Below are positions 50,846-62,404 of a DNA stretch of 64,000 nt, in pieces; within the stretch, counting starts at the first letter, position 1, and each line of letters starts with the position of its first letter. The translations under genes and the position numbers were made by a program. The DNA lies in assembly GCA_030324005.1 (NCBI GenBank), contig JARDVH010000130.1:8343924-8407923 (forward strand). Direction: 5' to 3'. The notes beneath the pieces were generated by a model that had not been told where the DNA came from, ran no database searches, and saw only the letters and a program-made list of their open reading frames with translations. The DNA comes from Negaprion brevirostris. Lineage: Eukaryota.

Positions 50846-51099
50846 ATTCTGAACTCACCCACAACAGGAAACATCCTTTCCCCACATCTACCTTGTCAAG
50901 ACCATTCAGGATCTTTGCACTTAAACTAAATTACCCCTCACTCTTCTCAGCTCCAGTGAAAACAAGCCCAGTCTGTCTAACCTTTCCTCACAAGAAAACA
51001 CGCTCAATCCAGGTATCAATCCAGTAAGCCTCCTCAGAACTGCCTTCAATGCATTTGCATTCTTCCTTAAATGAGAAGACCAAATGCGCACCCAGTCTA

Positions 51100-51390
51100 A
51101 AAAGTAAAGTTTATTTATTAATTACAAGTAGGCTGACATTCACACTGCAATGAAGTCACAGTGAAAATCCCCTTGTCGCCACATTGCAGCACCTGTTCAG
51201 GTACACCGAGGGAGAACTTAGCATGGGCTAATCCACCACATCTTTGAACTGTGGGACAAAACTGGAGCAGCCAGAGAAAACCCACACAGGCTCCCCACGG
51301 GGAGAATATGCAGACTCCACACAGACAGTAACCCAAGCCAGGAATCGAATATGAGCCCCTGAGAGGCAGCAGTGCTGACCACTGTGCAGC
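51100..51390 (-). mobile_element. HE1-like SINE with an alternative 3' tail
   Basis: V-domain and head followed by a different tail (aaagtttatttatta...cactgcaatgaagt...), which also occurs alone at about 15575-15685 (+). Confidence 0.75.
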
Positions 51391-51398
51391 TGCTAGTA

Positions 51399-51975
51399 GG
51401 TGGGATACTCCCAAAAAAATTCTAAATGTTGAATTTGCGTAAAAACTGGAGTAAATCCTGCTGTTTTTCTCAGTGGCATTTTCAAAATGAATCTCCCACA
51501 CTCTACGCGCTGCAAAGTGCACAAAGCTTGAATATCTTGAACTGCGACATGCGCAGTAGCCCAACACTGCTGGCCTCCCAATCACCCCACAGCTGAGCCC
51601 CACAGCCTAGCCTCAACATTCCCCCTCCCATGACAAGCAGGCCAGCCCTGCTCACTGGCCTCCCTTGATCTGTCATTGCTGAGTGTAGAATGCCAGCGGG
51701 ACCCTGCCCCCATCTCCACCGATCTCCCACCCAGAGCCCCTGCAGGCAATGCCAGGGTGACACTGCCAAGCTGGCAGTGCCCAGGGGGAATCCTCCCCAA
51801 CCTCCTGGGGAGGGTTCCATGGCGCACCTTCCCTGCAGCAGGGTCGAGCCATAATGAGGAGCTACTGTGAACCTGCTGGAATGTAGCAGTCCTGACGGAA
51901 GGGGGGGGGGGGGGTGTCGGGTGGACTTTAGTGGACCCACAGACTTCAGTCCGGCCTCTGCTTGACTCCCCCCAG
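51399..51975 (+). mobile_element. GC-rich non-autonomous DNA-transposon-like element
   Basis: Starts ggtgggatactcccaaaaaa; homologous in opposite orientation to 17160-17288. Confidence 0.6.
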
Positions 51976-52639
51976 TATTCAAGATAAGGTCTCACCAATG
52001 CCCTGTATTGAAGCATAATGTCCTTACTTTTATGTCCAATTCCTCCCAGAATAAAGGCCGACGTTCCAATTGCCTCCTTGATTTCCAGTGCCTGCGAACT
52101 AGCTGCTACGTGATTCATGCACCAGAACAACCTGATCCCTCTGCATTTTGGAATTCTGTAGTCTTTCTTTGCTCAATACTCTGCTTTTTCATTCTTGCTG
52201 CCAAAATGAACTACTTATTTTCCCATACGATATCCCACCTGTCAGATTTTTACCCACTCACTCAACTTATCTATTACTGTCTGCAAACTGTCTTCTTCAG
52301 AACAATTTCCTATTTATCCAAACTATTCCCTTAAGTGGCTGCTTCTGCTTCACCATCATTTGCAAACTTAGCTACAATGCCTTCGCTCCCCTAATCCAAG
52401 CAGCATCGATATAAGTTGTATAATGTTGAGACCTGAGCACAGACTTCACTCATCACATTCTGCAATAAGACCCATATATGCATACTCTTTCTTTACTGAC
52501 AGCCAGGCAGCCAATCTTCTATCCAAGCTAATATGTTAGCCCGTACACTATGAGATTTTAGTCTCCACAGTAAGCTTTGATATAGCGACTTATCGAATGT
52601 CTTCTGGAAATCTAAGTACAGTACATCCACTACACCCCC

Positions 52640-52985
52640 TTGCAGGTGGCGACCATTTGGCTAATCGAGTCTGCACTGACAACAATCCCACTCTAGACCC
52701 TACACCCACAACCACCGACTGCCCCCCCCTGCATTTATCACAGTAATCTACACATCTTGGGACACGAAGGGGCAATTTAGTATGGCCAATCAACCTAATT
52801 GCATCTCTTTGGACTGCAGGAGGAACCTGGAGCACCCAGAAGAAACCTGCACAGGCATGGGGAGAATGTGCAAACTCCACACAGACAGTGACTCAAATCA
52901 GGAGTCAAACTCAGGTCCCTGGAGCTGTGAAGCAGCAGTGCTAACCACTGCGCAACCATACGCTAACCATTGCACCACCATGTGC
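52640..52985 (-). mobile_element. HE1/V-SINE-like SINE
   Basis: Antisense match; the 5' head carries a short tandem duplication (gctaacca twice). Confidence 0.85.
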
Positions 52986-55974
52986 TACTCATTCAAAAAA
53001 CTCCAATACTCTGCTTAAAAAATACTTGCCTTTCACAAAACCAATTCGAATCTTCTTGGTTACCTTGAGTTTCCCTAAGTATCCAGCTTGAACTTATTCC
53101 AAAAACAATGATTTAGCCAAAAAATCTTTCCCAATATAGGACTCAAGCTAAGTGGCCGATAGTTTCCTGTCTTCCCCCCTTCTTGAATAAAGGGGTTATA
53201 TTTGCTACTTTCCAGCCTGGAAGAACCTTTTCAGAATCTACTGAATTTTCAAAAATCAACACCAGCACCTACTATCTCATTAGCTACTTTCTTAAGACCT
53301 GAGGACGACTTAGCAATCCGCAGCTCCGTCACTTTGCTCAGTACTGCTTCCCTATTGATTGCGATTTCACCAAGTTCCGCTCTCCCTTCTATCTCCTGAT
53401 TCCAGCTATTATTGAAGTGCCTTCTGTACCATCAAAAGTGAACACAGAAGCAAAACATTTGTTCATTGCATCCATCATTTCCTTCTATTAACTCACCACT
53501 GTCACTTTCTAGAGGATCAATACTCACTTTACTAGCTCCTTTTCTTTTTAAAGACCTGTAGAAACACTTGCTATCTGTTTTTGCATTTCTAGCCATCTCC
53601 CTCTCATACTCTAATTTATTTTTTCTGATTTATCTTTTCGTCATACTTTGCCTTTCTTCATATTCTGAAGAATCATCTGCCCTGCCACTTGTATTTGCTC
53701 AACGATATTATTTTTCCTTAACCATGAATGGTGGGTTTCCCCCCTTAGAATCAGGAGTATTTTGAACTATCCCCTTAAATGTCTGCCAGTCCTTCTCCAT
53801 AGACCTATCCTCCAGCCTAAATATCTTAGTTCACTTACCTAGCTCAGCTTTCATGTCACATAGTTAGCCTTATTTAAGTTTAAAATATTAGTTTTAGAAC
53901 CACTCTTCTCAAATTCAATCACACTGTGGTTGCTGCTGGCTAGGGGTACCTTTACTCTGAGGTCATTGATTACACTATACCAAGTGTAACATAACCTGCC
54001 CTCTGGTTGGTTTCAGAACATGCTGCTATTGATATCTCAAAAGCATTTTATGAATTCCTCACTAAGGCTAATACAGCCAATCTGATTTTTTTTCAGTCTA
54101 TATGTGGATTAAAGTCACTCATGATTATTGCTGTTCCTTTATCACAAGCACCCAATATTATTGCCATTCACAATATAAAGTAAAAGTTGACTTTCTAAAA
54201 GTAAAAGGCAACTTGGAAACTTCTGGAAAGAAGAGAAATTTCAGTCATGCAGAATTGGTAATGACTAATGGGTTTCTGCAAATTCTTGGAACAGATTTTT
54301 TTTTTAAATCAGGTGGAAGTATAGCCAAAGACTTTGTGCAACACATTGCTGCACATCTCCCATTACAAACTGGCACTACTTCATTCAGTAAGAAGTGGAT
54401 CAGGTTTTCCACACATTGAACTTCTTTCAACTTTGCTGCAGGGAAGCTGGAAACATATTTTCCAATAAGGCATTGCGTACAATCAATACGGAGAACTAAT
54501 CAATATGGGATATGAAGTTAACAGCAAGCAGCAGTAAGTGTATTAACAAGAACTAAAGCCCGAGGACAATTTTCCTCATTAAAACAAAATCTATTGTCAG
54601 CTTTTGAGAAAAAGCAGTATCTATTTTATATAGAGGTTATCAGTAAGGAGCAAAATGATCAAACAAAGGTCATGTGCAATATAGAGTAGTGCTCTGGTTA
54701 AAGTGTTCCCATGGGAGCCAAAGAAGACAGCATTGTAAGGAATGGCACATTGACATACAGCTACAGATGGTTGGAAGTGAACAAAAAAATGCTTCAGTTT
54801 AGCCAAGGGGTTCAGATAATAGAACAAAACAGTCAAAGCCTGAATAGTTTATGGATGTCATCTGGCCTGGGAAATTTCATTACAGGCTTTAATTCACTCT
54901 TTCCTTTTGCAATATGTACCATTATCTCAATAAAATGAAAGCTATCCTAATGATAGTTCAACACAAAGTTACAATCAGATTAATGAAAGACTATGAGACC
55001 ATTATGATGTAATTGCTGCAGAATACTGTCACATGATCACAAGGGGAGATAGAATTAGTTTGCAGTTCAAAGGAATGTTAGAGAGCCATTAAGAGGCACG
55101 TAGGGTTGTAGAACACACATACTCCAGACGCTGTATTACCTACTGCACCAGTTGACAGCCCTGTAAATGTAATACTGCAAATTACTTGATATAGCATGAC
55201 ATGTATCGATAAATAAAAATTTCCACACTGTAAAGTCTTCTACGGCAATGCTCATGGATAAAACTAAAAATTGTAATTCTCTGTAAATGTTGGTAAAACT
55301 GTTGTCTGCGTAATTTTCTACCTCGCCCTGTTTCTCCCTATGTAAGTCTGTCTTGTCCATTTCAAATTTGCATTGATATAGTTCATTTAATGTAGTAAAT
55401 CATCCCAAAGTGCTTCCAGAAGCATTCTGTGACACTAGGTCACAAAAGGAGCTGTTTACTCAAATAAGTTAGGTTTTCTGGGGCATCTTGGAAGAGAAGA
55501 GGAAAGTAAACAAGTGAGCAATTTTAGGGAGGTAATTCCAGGTTTAGACCCTCAGCAACTGAAGGCATTACCATCAGGTCCAGGATTTTATGCCCAACTG
55601 CCACCAGTATAAATGGTGGCGGTGGTGCAAAATATCACGAGAGCCAAAAAACATTTGCACTGTTGAGATTTCCATGAGCAAATTGTCCCTTCCCTCCTTC
55701 CAGTGGGGAGGCCTTGCAAGACTGCGTGGTGGAGGAGGTCTCATAAGTTAGCCACTGCTTAGGGTACCAGTGGTTTTGGGAGGGGAGGGGCTCATGCTTT
55801 GGTTGGTGGGGAGGGGGATGCACACAGGAGGGATGGAGAGGGGATTGCGTGGAGACACCCACCATATCACTCTCAACGTCCAGAGTCACCAGCCTAGAAT
55901 ACAAGTCCCAGAATCTTAGGCAAGAAACACAAAAGTATATGCAACTTGTTACATAATATAGAAACAAATTTATT

Positions 55975-56570
55975 GTGGATGCTAGAATCTGAAACAAAAA
56001 CAGAAAATGCTGTAAAATCTCAATGGGTCTGACCGCACCTGTGGAGAGAAAACAGAATTAATATCTGCAGTCTGGATGACCCTTCTTCACAGCTGAAGAC
56101 AAAAGTAGGATGAGATTTGTACTGTTATGGTGAGGAGGCGGGGTGGTGCGGTAAGCTGGGTAGAGAGCTAGCAGTTGGTGGAGATGGAAGAGATTGATAA
56201 AGATATCACAGCCAAAAGGACAAAGGGAATGTAAACGATGGTGATCATGGCTAAGAATGGGGCTGACAGGAGTCCATTAAGAAATGCCATTGTCAGCACT
56301 CTTCTTAGCCACGATCACCACTGTTTGCACTACTTTTGTCTATGACACCTTCAATCTCTCCTGTCTCCACCAACCAGTATCTCTCCAACAAGCTCCCACA
56401 ACTTCCTTTTCACCTCGCCTGCTCACCACAACAGTATAAATCTCATCCTATTTTCGATTATCTTCAGCTCTAACGAAAGGTTATCCAGACTTGAAACGTT
56501 AACTCTATTCTCTTTCCACAGATGCAGTCAGGCTTGCTGAGATTTCCCAACATTTTCTATTTCTGTTGCA
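55975..56570. mobile_element. Large Penelope-derived fold-back (two inverted arms of about 280 bp)
   Basis: Inverted matches include gtaggatgagatttgtactgtt / aacagtataaatctcatccta and ggtgatcatggctaagaa / ttcttagccacgatcacc. Confidence 0.75.
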
Positions 56571-58484
56571 AATTGTTACATACGTCTTAATGTCTCATGA
56601 CCCAAAGTAGCCTGGTTTGTAGTTTATTCATGTAAAAATGTAACGGCTGTGTGTTCTACATTTAACTTCAGTTTCATTGTGAATACTTTTTCTTTTTTTT
56701 TGTTCCTTACACATTGGAATTATCGACATTAACTGACTTGTGGTGGATCACAGTTAAAATAATGATCACTAAATCAACTCAAGTCTATCAATGCAAGTTG
56801 TCCCTCCACATTAGGCATCTGTATGCTGATTTTACTCAATTTTTTAATATAGTTTCATCTTCACAAGTAGAAATCAAGAATGTTAACGGTTCATTGATTA
56901 CTTGAGAGGCAGAATAGCACCATGAATATTATAATTACAGTAACCCTGACTATTGAACATATCCTGTTTTGGTGCTACATTGGATCTAATTATCCTAAAT
57001 TAAATTCTACAACACTACCCAACCTCACCCCTGTCCCCCAGAGCAGTCAACTAAAACTCTGAGAAATTAAAAGATCTGTAAGGATAGAATTTCAAAATTG
57101 AGGGGATGTAGCAGCTGGATTTGGATGCTCTGAGCATATTATTCCTGATCTCTTTCAAAGTTGATATCATTTAAGTTTCTTTTGAAAGTTATTTAAAATA
57201 TATACAAATCTATCAAAATGACACTGAACACAAAAATGGAAATAGCAAGAGCAGGGCCTCTGACAACAAGAATGGCAGGATGCTGAGATATTCAAATCGA
57301 GTGGAAGATGGAAGTAACACTCACCGCCCACCCCCCCGCCTCCCCCAACCAAAGCTAGGCTGGCAGGTGAGGGAAATATAAATCTGCGTACCATGTTAAG
57401 TGGCACCTGTAGTAAGGTGAAGGCTTTGGGTGACTTAATTGTCCAGAGACCATTTGAAGCCTTAAGTAGCAAATTACATGTTGGGTTTTGCCCAGCAGAG
57501 GCCCTCTAAGCAAGTCCCCTCCTTCTCTAACAACTAATGCCCCCACACTCCTCCATTGTCCTCAGAGTCTGTGGGGTTGCATGTGGTCATAGCAATGGAC
57601 CACTTGTGCAGTTTTAAATGGTAAGTGAAGTTGTGATTCCTAAGCTGGGAGCAGGGCAACAACCTCCACGTAAAATTCCAGCAAATATGTCTATTGTAGT
57701 AGCTCCCTTGTCTAGTTGAAACAATCAGCAAGGTGGCTAAAAGTCATAAGACAGTGTTCTATAGAGTATGTATATGCTTGTTAAAGAGATGTATGTAAAA
57801 GAGAACCAGATAATTTTGCCACATCATTTCAGTAGAGAAGCTTTTAGAACAACTCTTACATTTTGATACGGGACAGATAGAACTTCAGTTCTCGAATCCT
57901 TTTAAATACATAAACCTGTCATTTTTAAATTCATCTAAAGTCCTCAATATTCTCATACTTGCCTCTGCAAACATTCCTTAAGCATGTTGACATAATGAAC
58001 ATGCATTTACAGAAGACAAATGTTGCAGCCCAATTGTTATGACTTATCAGGAACAGACCTAATCATTTCACAAAGATAACAAACGATAAAACAAAAGTGT
58101 TCACTGTTTATCTGAACTTCTATTTGATTTGTGTGCACGCTATAGTACACCCTGTGTGTCCTGGTGCTTGTCCACCTTCACTGTATACAAATGTATGTTA
58201 TAATGCTCTCCTTACTCCTTTTCCTGAAATTCTTGATGCTTAAGCTGCTACTGTTAGAAAGATTTTGGGAATTTGTAACAGATGAACCTGCATTCCTGCC
58301 TCTAATGTCCACAACACTGTGGTTCAATGAAATTCCTGTGTAAGCACATTTCTCACAAAAATAGTTCAACAATAGACGACTTGTAAAGAAAATATTAAAA
58401 ACAACTTCATAGTAACTGGTACTATGTGAATTTAAACAGGACCAAACCCAAGTGGCCATCCAGTCATTGGTGAGTTGCTATTAC

Positions 58485-58742
58485 AGAATCACTATTGTGC
58501 AGAACGAGACCATTTGACTCTTTGAGTCTGCACCAACCTTCTGATAGAGCACGTTACCCAGACCCTATCCCCATGACACATATTTACCCCACTAATCCTG
58601 CTAACCTGCATATCTTTGGACTGTGGGAGGAAACCGGAGTACCTGGAGGAGTCCCATGCAGACACAGGGAGAACATGCAGACTCCACAGAACTGAACCCG
58701 GGTGCTGGCGCTGTGAGGTAGCAGCGCTAACCACTGTGCCAT
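58485..58742 (-). mobile_element. HE1/V-SINE-like SINE
   Basis: Antisense match to V-domain, head and tail. Confidence 0.85.
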
Positions 58743-60932
58743 AACTTTGAGTTGGTTCCTGAGGCAATCGTAAATATTGGGTACCATTCCAATAGCTTAG
58801 CATTTTGGTTCACAAAGTTATAATCAGTGAGAGTAAGCGTTGTCTGTTACTTTTTTAAAATTGTATATTTTGATTTTCTTCAGAATGAATAAAGAAAGCC
58901 TGACTCTCATTCTGATTAAATCTCTCTCTCGGTACAATGAATGTATTTGGTTGATTTTGCATGCTTAAATATGTTATGCCCTAAACAAGTCTCTGGGATT
59001 GTTACTGCTTCACCTACTCTTTAAGACAAATAGGTGTGTCATTCCAAATGTGCCACCACCTTTCACAGAAATGCAGTTGAAATGTGGCTTATCTGAAGGG
59101 AATGCACAAGGGCAGATTTTAATCAAGGTACTTACGAGTCAGACAAAAACATTCAACATAGTCATCTATGATTAAATATTTGACCTGTTCTGCAGTATAC
59201 GTAAAATTTAGTATCAACGGGAAGCTTTACTGCCAGTGAAATTTGGTTATGTTTAATCTGGAATAATTATTGATAAACTATAATCTTGAATGTTGCATAG
59301 CTTTACAATGCACTTTGTATTATACATTTCTTTTTTAATGCTGCACTTCAAAATAAGTGCAATATGCTCTTCTGTCATTTAATTGTACTGAATTGTTAAT
59401 TGTTTTGGTTATGGTGTTGAGGAAAGAGAAGCTTCCAAATGCTGTTTTTAAGGTTGCATTTGCTTGATTTTATAAAGGAGAGGGGCCTGGGAATTTTCAC
59501 TTAACTCTTGTATGTTTCTGGATTTGTTGAAATGTCAAATTTTCTTTTTAAATGACAATCTGTAAATTCAGATTTTGGGGTCATTGTTCAGCATTCAGTT
59601 CAAAAATGTTCCAGCACGCAGAATATTTATACATCAGAATTAAGGCTTTTGAGTGTTATTCGCATTGATATTAACTTGTATCAGACCTGTAATTGTATCC
59701 CTGACACTTCAGTTTTTCTATTGATTAAGCTAGGTGGAGGCATCCCATTCATTTGCACCTAAGTTCATTTTAAAATATTTGTCCCCGAACTGATTTGGAG
59801 TCTGTGACGTTCTTGTGTACCCATCATTAAAAACAGCTTCCATCAAAGGGTGATTTGGAGAAAATATTCTGGAAAAATTATCACTTATTGGAGTTTTGAC
59901 CAGTGCCCTGAGACAGCTTCCTAATAAAGGCTTGCACGCAGGCTGGTGAAGCACGTAGCTGCAGGAAGGGGTAAATGAGTAGTAACCCAACAGGCTGGTT
60001 TTTTTTTGTGGCACCCTGCAATGAGACAGACGGGGTCTGTAAGCCTACNNNNNNNNNNNNNNNNNNNNNNNNNNNNNNNNNNNNNNNNNNNNNNNNNNNN
60101 NNNNNNNNNNNNNNNNNNNNNNNNNNNNNNNNNNNNNNNNNNNNNNNNTCTATCAGGTTTTCACCTAATTTGTTTTTAGATATCAGCAGCTTTTACAATA
60201 ATGCATTTTATATTCCAATCAACCTTTGTTATACAACAGGCAGACAGACACAGGAACAGAAACACAGTGAAGTTTGAAACAGCCACTAATCTTCCTGCTC
60301 AGCCTCATGGCCTCCAATTTTTTTTTTGCACTCAAGTTAATCAGCAACTTTCACTTGCCTGCCTCTGTCTGCACCAATCAGCACACGGTCATTCTGACTC
60401 CACTCAGCATTTGCCACTGGAAGTGCTTGCTAAGTACACTGGGCTCACTGTCTGCCCCATTGCTGTTTGGAGACAAGCAGTCAGCAAGTCCAGGGCTGTC
60501 TTGCCCAAGTCTCCTCCACAAAGTTGCCATTGATGCTTTCGAAGAGGGGGAGCTCATGACCTTAAAAACGATCTCTGTGACTCACAGGTTTGGAGCTCTG
60601 TTGTAGATCCAAGAGTTTAGATAAAAGGCTCAAAGGTGGAAATTGTGTCAAGGATACATATCAAAAGAATGGGTACAACAGACTGTGGCAGCTTTACTAC
60701 TTGGTCACAACCAAAATTATACCTTTAAACAAAGCATCAATTAAAATATCATTTTTCCTTTACTATGTATTTAACAGTGTTTGTAAACAATGGTGTACTA
60801 TTTAATCATAGAATCAAACTGCTGAAAAAGCAAAACAGAAGTGATGCCTAAGTGGTCAACTTCATGAACGTTTTTCTCATCAACACATCTTGAAATCCTT
60901 ACCATAATGAAACTCTTATATGAGTCACTCAC

Positions 60933-61016
60933 CGTTTTACCCTGCAAGCTCTCAGGTGTAACTGTCTGCACAGGTACACTAGCAGGCATTGACCTTCTGT
61001 CCGGGAGATAGGCAAA
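60933..61016 (-). CDS. PLEKHA5: PLEKHA5 coding exon (FAYLPDRRSMPASVPVQTVTPESLQGKT)
   Basis: Acceptor ttctcag, donor ACG/gtgagt; 84 nt, phase 0-0. Confidence 0.93.
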
Positions 61017-61254
61017 CTGAGAAAATAAATAAAAAACAATCTCCATCAGTCATACATTTCCTATCCTTTCTTTTTTTCATTTAGATTCTTTGAGAATTCA
61101 CCATCCACAAACCAAGAGTACCAGTAGAAGGCCCCCAGTCCCCAACACCATAATTATTCCATAAATAAATTCTAGGTTGTGGAGTAGCCCAAGAAATTCG
61201 CCCTTTAATACTTCGGATGAAAATTCTTAAGCGATCTAACAACGATGCTTGGGG

Positions 61255-61580
61255 CATAGATCAGCTAGACAGTCAATATCTTTTCCCAAAGGTAGGGGAG
61301 TCGAAAACTAGATGGCATAGGTTTAAGGTGAGAAGGAAGAGCTACAAAAGGGTCCAGATGGGCAATTTTTTCATACAGAGGGTGGTGAGTGTCTAGAGCA
61401 AGCTGCCAGAGGTAGTAGTAGAGGTGGGTACAATTTTGTCTTTTAAAAAGCATTTTAAACAGTTACATGAATAATGGCTATTGAGGCAATTGGGACTAGC
61501 TTAGTCGTTTAAAAAAAAAGGTGGCATGGACAAGTTGGGCAGAAGGGCCTGTTTCCATGCTGTAAACCTCTATGACCGTA
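61255..61580 (+). mobile_element. CR1 3' end fragment, same subfamily as 1-180 and 553-1158
   Basis: tcatacagagggtggtgagtgtc...gaagggcctgtttccatgctgtaaacctctatgac. Confidence 0.85.
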
Positions 61581-61926
61581 TGTGATAGGTTAGAATTGTA
61601 TTTTTTTAAAATAATGATAAGACATCTTCTGTTGCAGCATTATATTCAATAGAGCAACGTGTGCCTAGTAAATTATAAAGCATTCCCTTCCTTGAACATG
61701 GATGCCCCCACCTCCTCACAAAAAGGTCAGCTGCCAGCTTAGTTTAGATTTTCATAAACAGAATTTTCACTTCTCACAAAATACAACAGGATTTTGTGAC
61801 AATACTTTCCTGGCACAAAAGCAATCAATAAAATACACAATCTAAGCTTCATAATCAGCAGTACTGAACCTAAATTTTAAGAATGGTGCCTCAGATTGAT
61901 GGGCAAAACCACATAAGATTGATTAC

Positions 61927-62404
61927 CTTGTTAACAGGTGCCCTGTGTCGGCGGGGTTTCATGGAGTCAATAATCATGTCTCCTCTTACAATTGGTGAAA
62001 ATACTTCTGATCTTGATTCAATGTTGTAAGATCTCAGGGGGGAGTATACCTGGTAAGGGGCCAATGAACCATGGGAAGGTGATGGAGGAATAGAGCGTGA
62101 TTGATCGACAATATTCATCATGGTGACAGGAGTACTCAAAGTACCATGCCTGTTTAGTGTTGCATGCTTATGATAAACTTGACGCTGTTGCCATTCATAT
62201 AGTTGCCACATGGTATCATCCCGCATTGACTTCCGTTTTTCTTCTGAAGAAGGTGCTTGAAGCACCCTGTCGTATGCAGAAGGTGACACCGAACAGATGC
62301 TGTCAGGTCTTGTTGTACTATGGCGTGGCATTGTTCTGTAACATGGTATGACCTGAGCTCGATAGCTCGGCAGATTTCTTGGTAATGTTTGATAACAGGT
62401 GATG
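61927..62404 (-). CDS. PLEKHA5: PLEKHA5 coding exon (ITCYQTLPRN...WQLYEWQQRQ...APVNK)
   Basis: Acceptor tttacag, donor AAG/gtaatc; 478 nt, phase 2 to 0; strong match to the PLEKHA5 RRSMRDDTMWQLYEWQQRQ region. Confidence 0.95.

Larger units (their letters stand above)
50160..54150 (-). mobile_element. Long decayed CR1 LINE hosting at least four nested insertions
   Basis: CR1 tail at 50165-50230; YRALVRPYLEY near 51975-52010; LDFQKTFDK-like motif near 52590-52620; further 5' ORF2 remnants to about 54150. Confidence 0.75.
2237..62404 (-). other. PLEKHA5: PLEKHA5 (pleckstrin homology domain-containing A5 / PEPP2) gene, 3' portion, 19 coding exons; 5' exons outside the window
   Basis: Spliced exons give motifs I recognise from vertebrate PLEKHA5, in the correct order and phase: MRDDTMWQLYEWQQRQ, SLQGKT, KLSQLCEQDK, IQKELWRI, DYRLYKSEPELTTV, PESSTIASYVTLRK, RPRSAVEQL, QLTEGSHFMCV*. 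Confidence 0.95.

Noticed and set aside
51503-52130. Overlapping 159-182 aa ORFs
   Set aside because: They run through a GC-rich TE interior joined to a CR1 remnant and give no coherent protein.
58152-58181. 30-nt phase 1-1 exon-like stretch just downstream of 58216
   Set aside because: The intron from 58216 would be only about 34 nt and the donor (gtgtac) is weak.
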